A DNA stretch of 20,000 bases. Origin: Vermamoeba vermiformis. Lineage: Eukaryota. A program made the translations under genes and the position numbers. Below are positions 1-10,105 of this stretch, piece after piece (the stretch's first letter is position 1; each line of letters begins with the position of its first letter). Where the stretch lies: positions 46,842-66,841 of the forward strand of contig JBEWZL010000138.1 of assembly GCA_045837725.1 (NCBI GenBank), given 5' to 3'. The notes under the pieces are model-generated. The model did no database searches. It had not been told where the DNA came from and was given only the letters and a program-made list of their open reading frames with translations.

Positions 1-411
1 TACTTTGTTTTGTTTTTATTTGTATTTTTACGTTTACTCTCGATTTACAATTTCTTAAAAATTAAATTACCGGTAATTGAAATATTGGCCCAATTTTAGG
101 GCTAAAATTAGTTTATGTTAAATTGTTTCATCGGCAGGATTGGATCGGAAGCGGATTTACAACTCGCCTGACCGGATCGCGTACAGATGAACAAAAACTA
201 ATACAACTCTTATTGTAACAATCGTTTCTTTAATTGAATATTCTTCTCGAGAGTTTAAATTCTAGACCAGTACTTTTCTTGAAGATGACCCCTTCAAAAA
301 ACGCTTGTCCAGAAAATCCATTCCGAGAAATACTTTGTCTTGCTATTTGTTACAACAAAGTGCATCGTGCATAAGAAGAGTAGAATTTTGTTCTTGCACA
401 CACTCGGCATT

Positions 412-1768
412 TTATTTAGCAATTTTCCTTCGTTTGTTTGTGTTTTCAACTCCCCCCTTGTTTTCGCGCGTGTCGCCCTCACTTTCCTTATTAGGCAATT
501 CTGCTTCGCTAGCTTTTCGTTTCAAATTGGGCTTGGCTAACTTGTTATTAAGTTCTGCCAAAAAATTCAAATTTTTCTTCGGGGCTGCTGGTGCTTGATC
601 TTTGCTATTATTATCTTCCTTATTATTATCTTCGACTATAATAGCATCGTTATTCTCGCTATTTTTCTCCGAATTGTTTTCATTAATTTTAATCACGCCT
701 TGTTCGATCAATTCATTTCGTTCTTTTTCCAATTGTTCCGCTGGATTTTTCTTGCTCGGCGGTCGATGTATCGTTTTAGCTTTTTTAGGCTATAATTAAA
801 AACACTCATTAATTACACTACATATGAGTTTGATAGTGCTATTGATATCGAAAGTGCAAATCACATCCAGATCTGTCATACTTGCACTTGATAAAAACAA
901 CAATAATATAATAATATAATATGTATTACAATAATATAATAGTATCTTACTTACCACTGATAATAATGTTGGGTTTTCGTTCAATTTCTTTGTAACAGTA
1001 TTGTCTTTTTGTTCGGATCCACCTCCGCTTTTTTCACCCGTTGTTGTGTCACTTGTCTTATCTTCATTTGTGCTATTCATATCATTCGTATTGTTATTGA
1101 TAATGTTATTATTATTATTGTTAGTGGTGTTGTCTTGTTCGGATCCAATCTGCGGTTGAGATTGTGACACTGAAATTCCAGTTTCATCGTCCGAGCCTTC
1201 TTCTTCAATTTCTTCGGGCGGAGGTTGTTTGCGCACGAAAAATGAGGAAATCTTGGCTTGTTTCTATAAAAGGAAATATTGTTACGGTTAATATTTGCAT
1301 AAATTTTTCGCTGTTAAAGAAATTCTTACCGGTTTAAAAACATCTGATGACAAAGCAGGTGTTTTATGTGGCCCTAAATTAAGAATTATTACTATATATG
1401 GTAATTAAATACTAGTTTCGTACCTAATGTGATCGTAGTTGATAACGACATGGAAAATGGACAATGATCGGATCCAAATTGATACGGCAAATATTCCGCT
1501 TTCACGAGTTTTTCCGCTAAATTCTTGGTGGCAAATCCAAAGTCAATGCGCCAGCCTTTGTCGTCAATGCGTGAAGTGCCTTTAGGGTCCCACCACGAAT
1601 ACGCTCGTTTGTCGCCGTGCACGTGTCTGAATGCGTCGACGAATCCGCTCTCGAGGAACGATGTCACCCACGCTCGTTCTTTGGGCAAGTATCCGTTGAC
1701 AGTATCCTAATTAGGAAATTTAGGACTGACATAGTTGAAAAAATTAAAAAATTTTTTTTATTTTTTTT

Positions 1769-1827
<59 letters not shown>

Positions 1828-2690
1828 AAAAATATTAAGTGATATTGTATGTATATATATGGATTGTATAATGTACGTACATCAGGCCTGTGCGTGTCCA
1901 ATTCAGTGTGCGCCGTGTTGACATCACCGACGACAATGATTTCGCGGCCCTGGGCTATCAAACCCTTGCACATTTCACGGAACCAATCATAAAAATCGTG
2001 CTTGTACTGTCGCCTATCATCGCCCTAATATAATAAAATTAAGAATTTTTGCAAAGATTCGGTTTTGGATTTGGATCGAACTGATCGGATCCCGTTTTTT
2101 GACTTACAGATCCGCCGTTTGGAAAATAGACATTGAATAATATATACTGTCCATGATCGGTCATTATAACACGTCCTTCTTCGTCAAATTTCTTCTCGCC
2201 AAAGACGTTTTTGGCATCTAAAGTCAAACCTTTCTTGACAAATGTAGCGACGCCTGAGTAACCCTAAAAAATCGTTAAAAATAATTAATTTAATTTTAAT
2301 TATTACCTTTTTCTTCTTAGAAAAGGACCAGAAGGATTCATAGCCCGGCACGTGAACGAGTTTATCATCGACCCAGTCCAATGAACTTATTTTTGTTTCC
2401 TAAATATTTAGAAAATTATGGTAATGTATTGTAAGTGTTTATTAGCAAAAGATCAATATTTTCAAGCTGATCTAGATTTTCGCGCTATTTTTGAAAATAA
2501 AAGATTTGTTGTGGACTTACCTGAAAGCAAAATATATCGGCATTGTACTTCTTAAATAGGCTTTCTAATGATTTTCCATCTAATTTCGGTGTCACGGCAC
2601 GTAATCCTGATTTTAAAGAGTTAATTCCTCGATCGCCAAAACAATGTCTCTGTAATTACCGTTTACGTTCCAAGACAGTATATTGGTCAT
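412..2690 (-). CDS. Exodeoxyribonuclease III / AP endonuclease (EEP superfamily, APE2-like with PIP box), 9 exons, ~507 aa
   Basis: Hand-spliced exons 2690-2660, 2606-2521, 2399-2307, 2263-2108, 2024-1881, 1706-1424, 1373-1330, 1263-955, 789-412; all GT-AG and phase-consistent. Catalytic motifs in order: [56 protein letters not shown]. Then a PIP box QAKISSFF (1260-1237), an acidic/Asn-rich disordered tail and a basic end KRRKIAK*. Confidence 0.93.
1771..1823. repeat. 53-nt T homopolymer (poly-A on the coding strand) in intron 5 of the AP endonuclease gene
   Basis: Uninterrupted T run 1771-1823, preceded by shorter T runs at 1752-1768, inside intron 1880-1707. Confidence 0.95.
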
Positions 2691-2790
2691 ATTAACAAGT
2701 ATTATACAATATTTACAAGTTGATTTGTGGTCAGATGTTTGCTAAAGCAAGATGTAGATGCGACAAAAATTTTAATTGAAATTTATTTAT

Positions 2791-5032
2791 TTACTGGAAA
2801 CAATATTTAAACAACATCGGTACATTTTCTTTTCCTAACACTCGCCAAGCCAAGATATCGATATAATCAGAGACTATTATCTCTCTGGCGGCACCTTCAA
2901 ATTTCTTGACTTGCACCACTACTTGTTGCAAAAACCCTTCAAAATTCTGCATGTCTATATTTAGATCAACTTCAATCTGACAATACATGTCCGGATTGCT
3001 CGGGTCACCGCTCAAAGGCTCTTCTAATAGGGGTTGATAGCGTTGTTTGTACAGCACTTGCATGAAGTCCATTGCTTCAAAACCTAATAAAAAATCCATT
3101 AAATACATATTCTTATGATAAATAAAGAAAAAATTTCTCAAAAAATTGGTGCAAAACTGGATCCAGCCTGAAAAATTTTTATTCGTAATAAGCTTGTGAT
3201 ATTTAAAGTTAACTTGTAATAGTTAAACTATTGTGGTTATATTATTGAAATCATATTTAACTCGATGTGGGCACTTACCAGTGCGTTCCAAGAGCTCTGA
3301 AATGATGTATCGCAAGACGTGCAGCTTGAGGCCCAGATTGAGGTCGGACTTAATCTTCAACATCTTTTTGAACAGTTCTTGATACATTTCTTGCAGCGTG
3401 TCATCGGTCCACACGTTCACTGAAATGCCTGCGTCGTTGTTGATCACGTGATGGAACCACAAAGGCGGCAAGTACAACATGTCACCGGCTTTCAACGTGA
3501 CCTAAAAATAGAAGCTAATTAAGCATTTACACCGATATTCCATGAATATAAATACCGTTTGTACAGCATAAAATTAATAAATATTGGAATTGAAAATAAA
3601 ATTTGCAATTTTGTTGGATCCGTGTAAGGGACGTACTTCGAGGGCACCGGTAACATCTGCAAATTTCGGAAACGTTTCCAAATCAATTGCAGTGAGATTG
3701 GCTTGAGTTCTACGATGATGTGGATGAACGCGAGGGAACAAGTAAATGTTCTTGTGGTTCTCGGGGGGCAACAACAGGAAGGTCTTCGTTCCCGTGATTT
3801 GAACGAAGAAATTGTAGCTCAAGTCGTAGTGCATTTGCGTTGTGACTCCTAAATGCAAAATCATTAATATTATACTCAATATATAATGATCCATATCTTG
3901 CTCTGATAAGGCCAGATCCGTCTTTATTTTTACTCTGTACAATTTCAAATAAACCACTATTCATAATAACTTACCTTTACTGCCGTACCAAAATTGGATT
4001 TTTTGAGGTAAATCTTTAGTCGGTTCCGGGCTTAAAATGTTGACGGGACTCAAATCCGCTAACAGATCTTTCGAAGCAGCACCCAGATGCTTAATAGACT
4101 GCGAATAATAATAGTACCCGAATGTTTCAGGCTTAAGAGACTTCTCGAACAGCTCTTTGACGGTCATTTCAATCACTTCATAGGGTCTTTGGCCGTAAGT
4201 CTGGTCGTACACCTCCGCTCCATCTCGATATAAATAAATTGTTGGAATACTCGAATGAAATACGCCACCCATTTTACTCTTAGGACCTTTATATTTCAAA
4301 TAATTATTAGACGATGCTACGATAAAAATGAATCTCGAGCGGAGATTTTCTTCAGATCCAGTTTCATGAACGTCATTATACTTGACAATATGACTAAAGT
4401 CATAATAGCTATAATTATTTAAGGCACGTACCTAGTTTTTTTACCAAGAATTCGCGGTTCCATTTGCCCAACGCTTTCCAATCGCGATGTATTTGAGTGC
4501 CAGATTGGAATACAATGGGCTTATTACGCGCAATGGCCTTTAAAATATTAATTAATTCCAAGTTTAATTGAATTCCTAACGTAACGGGCTCTTTTGAAGA
4601 TCTTGTGTATTTTAATTGTAATTTTTAAATAGCACCGGCAAAATTAAAAATTAATTAATTAATTTGTTACAACTTACTCGCTGGGCAAAAGGTTTGTTAG
4701 GGTCTTTCCAATCAACTCGCTTAACTTCACCGATTTTCAACAGATCCCGGTAATGTTTTGGAGGGATTACTTCTTTATCTCGATTTACTACCCTAATATT
4801 TTTTCTTACGTAAGGGTAGTTCATATGATCGTATTAATTTAATTAATTATCCAATTATTCATGAATAAATATTTGAATTTTATTTCTACCTGAAAGTGCC
4901 TGTCTGGCCGCCAAAACAGCCCTCGCCAACGCATTCAAAATCACCTCCTTCTACAGATACAAGCACATCTTGCGCTAGAACGCAAAATACTAGCGATGAA
5001 ACAATAAGACAACGGATGAAACTTGGAGTCAT
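2791..5032 (-). CDS. JmjC (cupin_8; FIH/JMJD5/TYW5-type) Fe(II)/2-oxoglutarate oxygenase with N-terminal signal peptide, 7 exons, ~467 aa
   Basis: Exons 5032-4890, 4792-4678, 4537-4432, 4286-3975, 3848-3637, 3501-3279, 3083-2791, phase-consistent. N-terminus [22 protein letters not shown]. Motifs [27 protein letters not shown] (HxD), [15 protein letters not shown] (2OG-binding Lys), [17 protein letters not shown] (distal His), ISVNVW. Confidence 0.92.
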
Positions 5033-5170
5033 TTCTGAATCTACCAATAATTAATTGTAACTCTTCCACATGTGATTGATTTATTAGCTTACCTATTGTT
5101 TCATCGTTCTCGCACGGTTAAATTGAAAGAAAAAATATTTGGACCGTTATTTTTTTACCGCGCAACACAG
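5033..5170. promoter_or_regulatory. Putative bidirectional promoter (138 nt) between the divergent JmjC and TPR-SMYD genes
   Basis: Start codons at 5032 (-) and 5171 (+) face away from each other. No specific element is proven. Confidence 0.6.
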
Positions 5171-7340
5171 ATGGCACAAAATGACCAAGTTGAACAATTA
5201 AAACTCAAAGGAAATGAGGCCTTTGGAAAGAAAGACTACAACAATGCTATAAAATATTACACAGAGGCTCTTACACTCGATCCTAAGAATTTTTCTGTGT
5301 TTAGCAATAGATGCAGCGCTTATTTCTCACAAGAAAAATTTAGAGAAGCTTTAAACGATGCTAAGCAATCTGTTAATATTAACCCAGACTTTGGCAAGGT
5401 AAGCATTAATTTTAGAATTATTTTACGATTTTATGCATGTTTAATATTTTACTCTTCCGATTTAAGGGCTATTATAAGTTAGGAATGGCTTACGCCGCAT
5501 TAAATCAACCTAAAGAAGCCGCGAAAGCTTTTAACAAGTATGTAGCTAGTAGAGAAAGCTTAGACAAACTTTGATCTGACTAAATCGCAATTGTAGAGCA
5601 TTATCTCTCGATCCTAGTAACGCTGATACTCTTTCCCAATATGAAAAAAATCAAGCAGCTCATATTGGTAAGTTAATACATTAAAAGATAAAATTTTTTT
5701 CTGACACGCGATCAGATCGCTACTTTTCAAATAAGACTAAGGGTCAGCCAGTCGAAGTTAAATGGATTTCTATACACAAAGGCAAAGGAGTATTTGCGGC
5801 ACGAAATTTCAAGGAAGGAGAAGTGATTACACTTGAAGAGCCGATCTCATCGCATAGAGTACTCAACAAAAATACTGTAAGCATCAGAAATGTACCAAAC
5901 ACTAAAAATACTACCGTTCATATATAACGCACCGAATACTAATTATTTTGCATGTAGGCCATTAAATGTTGTGGATTTTGTATGCGATCTTATTTGTCGC
6001 CAGAAAATTTAGGCCCGAATGGCGCTAAATATTGGAAAGAAATGTATAGTGGAGCTAAACCGGAGTGGATTTACTGTGAACATTGCAAAGTAAGTCAATC
6101 AGTAATTACACGAAGTTTTTATACGGACGAACCCGCTCTGAGATCGTGGTGTGGCTGCTTCCCGGTTATTATGCTAAATAACGCAATAAATTAAATAGGA
6201 AGATGAATTAAGCGAGTTCTACTGCTCAAAATCATGCAAGCAAAAGGCGTGGTCTAGTTATCATCAATTATTGTGCCCTGGCTACGATTACAAAACGAAA
6301 CAAAAAGCTAATACTGCCGGCCATGAATCTTTAAGAGCGCTTTATAAGCTGTGCACGTAAGTTTAATAATATTTATTGACTTGGATTTTATGCTCTGAAC
6401 GGATGTTGTATCTCGAAACTTTGATCCATAATTGCAATACAAATCTAACGACTAATGTGTATAGGGAACATAATAAGTCACATCCGCTATTTATTATAAG
6501 AATGCTGGCCATAGTCCTCAGTCAAATGATTTTCAACCAAAAATCATTCGATGACGCCTGGGAATCGTTCTCTTTGTTCGTTTCAAGTAACGAGCCGTGT
6601 TTTGGCGAAGAATTAGGCGTAGAGACATTGATGAAGATAGTTAAAGACGAAAAATACGCTGTCGGTAAGTCAACTGTTTGGATCGGTAAAGGATGCGATT
6701 TTTAAATTTTTTAAATTTAGCCGCAAATGTAAATAATTATCGACATATTCATTGGGCCATCGCTAAAAATGCACAATCGTTGAATCCAGTCTCAGATTTC
6801 CATCTCTATTTGAATTCTTTGCCCGAACCTACTCAGTTCCAAGTTGTAAAGGCGCTAGGCTACGAAACCACGCCTTTTTACTTCCTTCAATCAAAATTTA
6901 TGAGTGTAAGTATACTCAATGTATTTACACTATGTTTCTAACATGTTTAGGGTCTCTCCGCTTGGGGTAACGGACTGTTTGCGATCGGAAATTCAATGAA
7001 TCATTCCTGCGATCCAAATGTAGCAACTGCCAGTTCTAATAACTCTCATAAGTACGTATACTTACGTTTTTGCTTTAGCACGCACGCTTCACCGCACGTA
7101 ACCAGATTTAAAAAAGTTCATCCACTCTGGCCTGAGACTTTCATTGATGGCTGATTTTAAGCATGATTCTAATACCATGAATTTAGGATAACGTTGTTAG
7201 CGATAAGACCAATCAAGAAAGGCGATGAACTGTCGATCTCGTACATTGACGAAACAAAACCGTTTTCAGAGCGCCAAAAGTTACTTAACGAGTCATATTC
7301 ATTTATTTGTCAATGTGAAAGGTGTAGTAAACAGATTTAA
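5171..7340 (+). CDS. TPR + SET/MYND (SMYD-family, SMYD5-like core) lysine methyltransferase, 10 exons, ~486 aa
   Basis: Exons 5171-5398, 5467-5537, 5597-5667, 5716-5876, 5958-6089, 6199-6356, 6465-6664, 6721-6905, 6951-7051, 7187-7340. Three TPRs (LKLKGNEAFGKKDYNNAIKYYTEAL..SNRCSAY..KGYYKLG), SET-N KGKGVFAARNFKEGE, MYND CxxC..CxxC..YCSxxC..HxxxC, SET-C NHSCDPN and GDELSISYID, post-SET CQCERC. Confidence 0.93.
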
Positions 7341-7447
7341 TACTGATTCTGCTTGATATTTTCATTTCGTTTTATTTGAATTTTTTTTGGATAAAGCCGT
7401 TACTCGTGATTTTGGCGTTATTATTCTACTGAAACAAGACAGCATAC

Positions 7448-9827
7448 ATGGATCAAATAGACGAAAAAGAAATTAATGACGAGTTACCGCCCGTTCCTGA
7501 AGGCTTTAACCTAAAACACGCCACTTGTAAGTCTAAATTTCAAATAAAATTTATTTATTCCGTAAAATAATTTAAATAACGATAAATAATGCTGCTGTAT
7601 TATTATTACGTCATAAAATATTGGAATTTAGTGTTTTTGGGCTTGCCTAATTTTTTAAATTTTAGTGGCCATGATCGGCGAACAAGGCACCGGAAAATCG
7701 ACCATTATGGGGTTTGCTCGTGACCGTGGCGCTTTTAATAACGAAGTTCCTGAACCTACAAGAGAATTGGACGAATGGCAAGTCCCCAACCAAGGACATG
7801 GTTTGCCTTTCGGCATCACCTTTAAAGATATTCGTACGTAGTACTATAGTAAATATTACAATACCAATATTTTTAATTATTCATAAATAGCCGGCACGCC
7901 CGAATTTTTTGGCAACGTTTCAAATCATCTTCGCGACGCTTCTATCGTTTGGATCTTCTACGACATTACTAGAAAAGAAACGTTTGATAATCTCGCCAAA
8001 TGGATTCGATTGACGAATATTTATGCACCTAATGCTATCGTTTATTTGATTGGAAACAAACTAGGTAAGTTTTTAAATTCTCGTTTTCATTTGAACCTTC
8101 TTTTCACTGAACGGGAGCTCCTAAACCGAGCGCTCTCGACTTTAATATAAATTGCTTATATTTATTGAAATGAAGTAGTACTAGAACTTCCATATGCGAT
8201 CAAGAAGAATAATTCTTAATTTTTTGCCTAGATCTGGTCGAAGAGGACCCCGCAAAGCGACAAGTGCCTCGTGAATTGGCCAGCAAAGTTGCAGCCAGAC
8301 ATAAAATTAAATTCTATGAGAATGGAAAGAACACGCAGAGAATATTCGAGTTTATTATCATGCACAGCATTAAAAGTACGTAGAAAATAGAAAATTACTA
8401 ATTTATTACTACGAAACAATTTGCAATTTCACCGTTGATATATTTTCAGTAAACTAATCGTATTTCCTTTTTTAGCTATTATCAAGGACCCGCGTAACGT
8501 CATTGGTTACCAGGGCAAAAAACAATCGACTTACGCTCAACATTATGCGAACGGAGCTTGGAACGAAGAAGCTTATCAGTTGATTGAAGCATTTGCAGAC
8601 TGCAAGTTTGGCGCATATGGCCTGTATACCCCGATCGTGAAGTACACTGCTCCGAACTTACTAAAAAAGGAAGTCCAAGACAAGATTTTGGACATGAAAG
8701 CCGATAACTCCGCCATGAAGGCCGTGCTGGTCTGGATCCACTTTATGCAACGAAATTTCGCGGCGCCGAAAGAATTGTTGCAAATGCTGCAAATTACGTC
8801 AGTGATCGATATCAACGAGCTCAAATTAGACTTGCTCCGAGAATTCGTGAAAAATATTGGATCCGACAATGTTTTTGAAATGATTGAATTTGGCTAATGC
8901 TATCAAATTCGAAAATCCTAATGATAGAACGCTGTTAATGGAGTGCTTATTCGAAACAGCCAATTGGTGCAAATCAGAGACTGAAATTTCGCATCATTTG
9001 GACGACCAGACACTTGCAGAATTCACTGAATATCAAGCTAAGAACCAAGTGCCACAAATGGAAAGTGAAATGGACAGAGAATCGAACCCCAACTTATGGT
9101 TCCAAATTGGTGCAAAGCTTTATGAAGAACGAGATACAACGGGAGATTTAACGGTGCACATTGGCTTGGAGTCGATGAAAGTGCACAAATTGATCGTGGC
9201 GAGACGTTGCGATTATTTTAAGACAGTTTTGACCAGTCTTTTCCGAGAACACTCCCTAAGTAAGCGTCTCTCAACAATATTTCCTTATTTGGAAAAATTA
9301 AATTCAAATCATACCGAAACTATTCAAATTGTTTCATCAGATATTCCTGCTAATCTTTGCGTTAATTCTTTTGCTAATTACGTCTATTTTAAACAGACGC
9401 TGTTATGTTGGAAATTTCGAATGACGTGACATTGCACGCGGTCGAGTTGGTGATGCGTTATCTCTACACGAATGACCCCTCACACATTACCGACCCGAAC
9501 GATTGTTTGACGGTGACGGGCTTAGCGTCCTATCTCATGTTGACTAAAGATACCAAGTCGTCAGTCGATCACAGCGGTCTGTTAAGTCACTGCGAAAACA
9601 CGACCGTGGAAAGTATCACGATTGATAATTGCATTGAGCTGATTGGCCAGGCTTTTCAGGACAAGGACGATGAAGTGCTGCGCTTGTCTACGAACTTCGT
9701 GGTGGAACATTATCAGGACATTGTGGCCAAGTACGAGAACGAATTCGTCAAGTTGCCCAAGGCACTGTTGTTCGTTGTCATGAACAAAGTGTTGTTTAAC
9801 GTTATCAAGGCCAAACGAGCCAAGTAA
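7448..9827 (+). CDS. Divergent Rab-like small GTPase fused to two BTB/BACK-like regions (~592 aa if the single +1 frameshift at ~8889-8893 is corrected; 328 aa as written)
   Basis: Exons 7448-7526, 7666-7833, 7891-8064, 8232-8375, 8476-9259, 9397-9827. G1 GEQGTGKS, G3 DIPG, Rab-like YDITRKETFDNLAKWI, G4 IGNKLD. Degenerate BTB/BACK-like segment (AMKAVLVWIH..DNVFEMIE.A). Clear BTB GDLTVHIG..MKVHKLIVARRCDYFKTVLTSLFRE..AVELVMRYLYT and BACK-like ITIDNCIELI..LRLSTNFVVEHY..EFVKLPKALL. Confidence 0.85.
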
Positions 9828-10105
9828 AATAAACCTCTAGTCCTTCGTTCCTAGTATTGCAGTCGCGAGGCGTCGAGGTGGCTGAGGAAGATCAAGATCG
9901 ACCACAACCTTTTGTCGTATAATCTTTAATAATGAATTCCATTGATCTATTACTGAGAGCATTAATTAATTGCAAAATAAGGCCTTAAATCAGAATGAAA
10001 GAATTTGGCGCGTTCTTCAGGCAAAAAGATTCATTTTTTGTTTATTTTTGTTTTGCTCACCACAAGGGCGACTTTTCTATAAAGTAGAGCGTTAGATTAA
10101 ATACC

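Noticed and set aside
294..799. Several overlapping short ORFs (305-598, 340-540, 595-795, 602-799 on +; 294-482 on -)
   Set aside because: Antisense or off-frame shadows of the low-complexity last exon of the AP endonuclease gene. They look hydrophobic only because the sense strand is A-rich.
1001..1147. Short direct repeat TTGTC(TTT)TTGTTCGGATCCA and an (ATT)n run
   Set aside because: A coding micro-duplication (GSEQ(K)DNT) and an Asn tract in a disordered linker; ordinary low-complexity evolution.
1617..1973. ORFs ending in poly-Phe or poly-Lys
   Set aside because: Translations of the intronic homopolymer. The real exon ends at the donor at 1880.
412..2690. Endonuclease as the APE domain of a non-LTR retrotransposon (given the nearby poly-A)
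   Set aside because: It has eight spliceosomal introns, a PIP box, cellular ExoIII motifs and no reverse transcriptase.
6120..6170. GC-richer patch in intron 5 of the SMYD gene as a possible snoRNA
   Set aside because: A CTGA is present, but there is no C box, terminal stem or H/ACA layout that I can support.
8871..8927. Possible intron GTTTTT...ATAG rescuing the frameshift in the GTPase-BTB gene
   Set aside because: Non-consensus donor. Its 57-nt length preserves the wrong frame, which then reaches a TGA.
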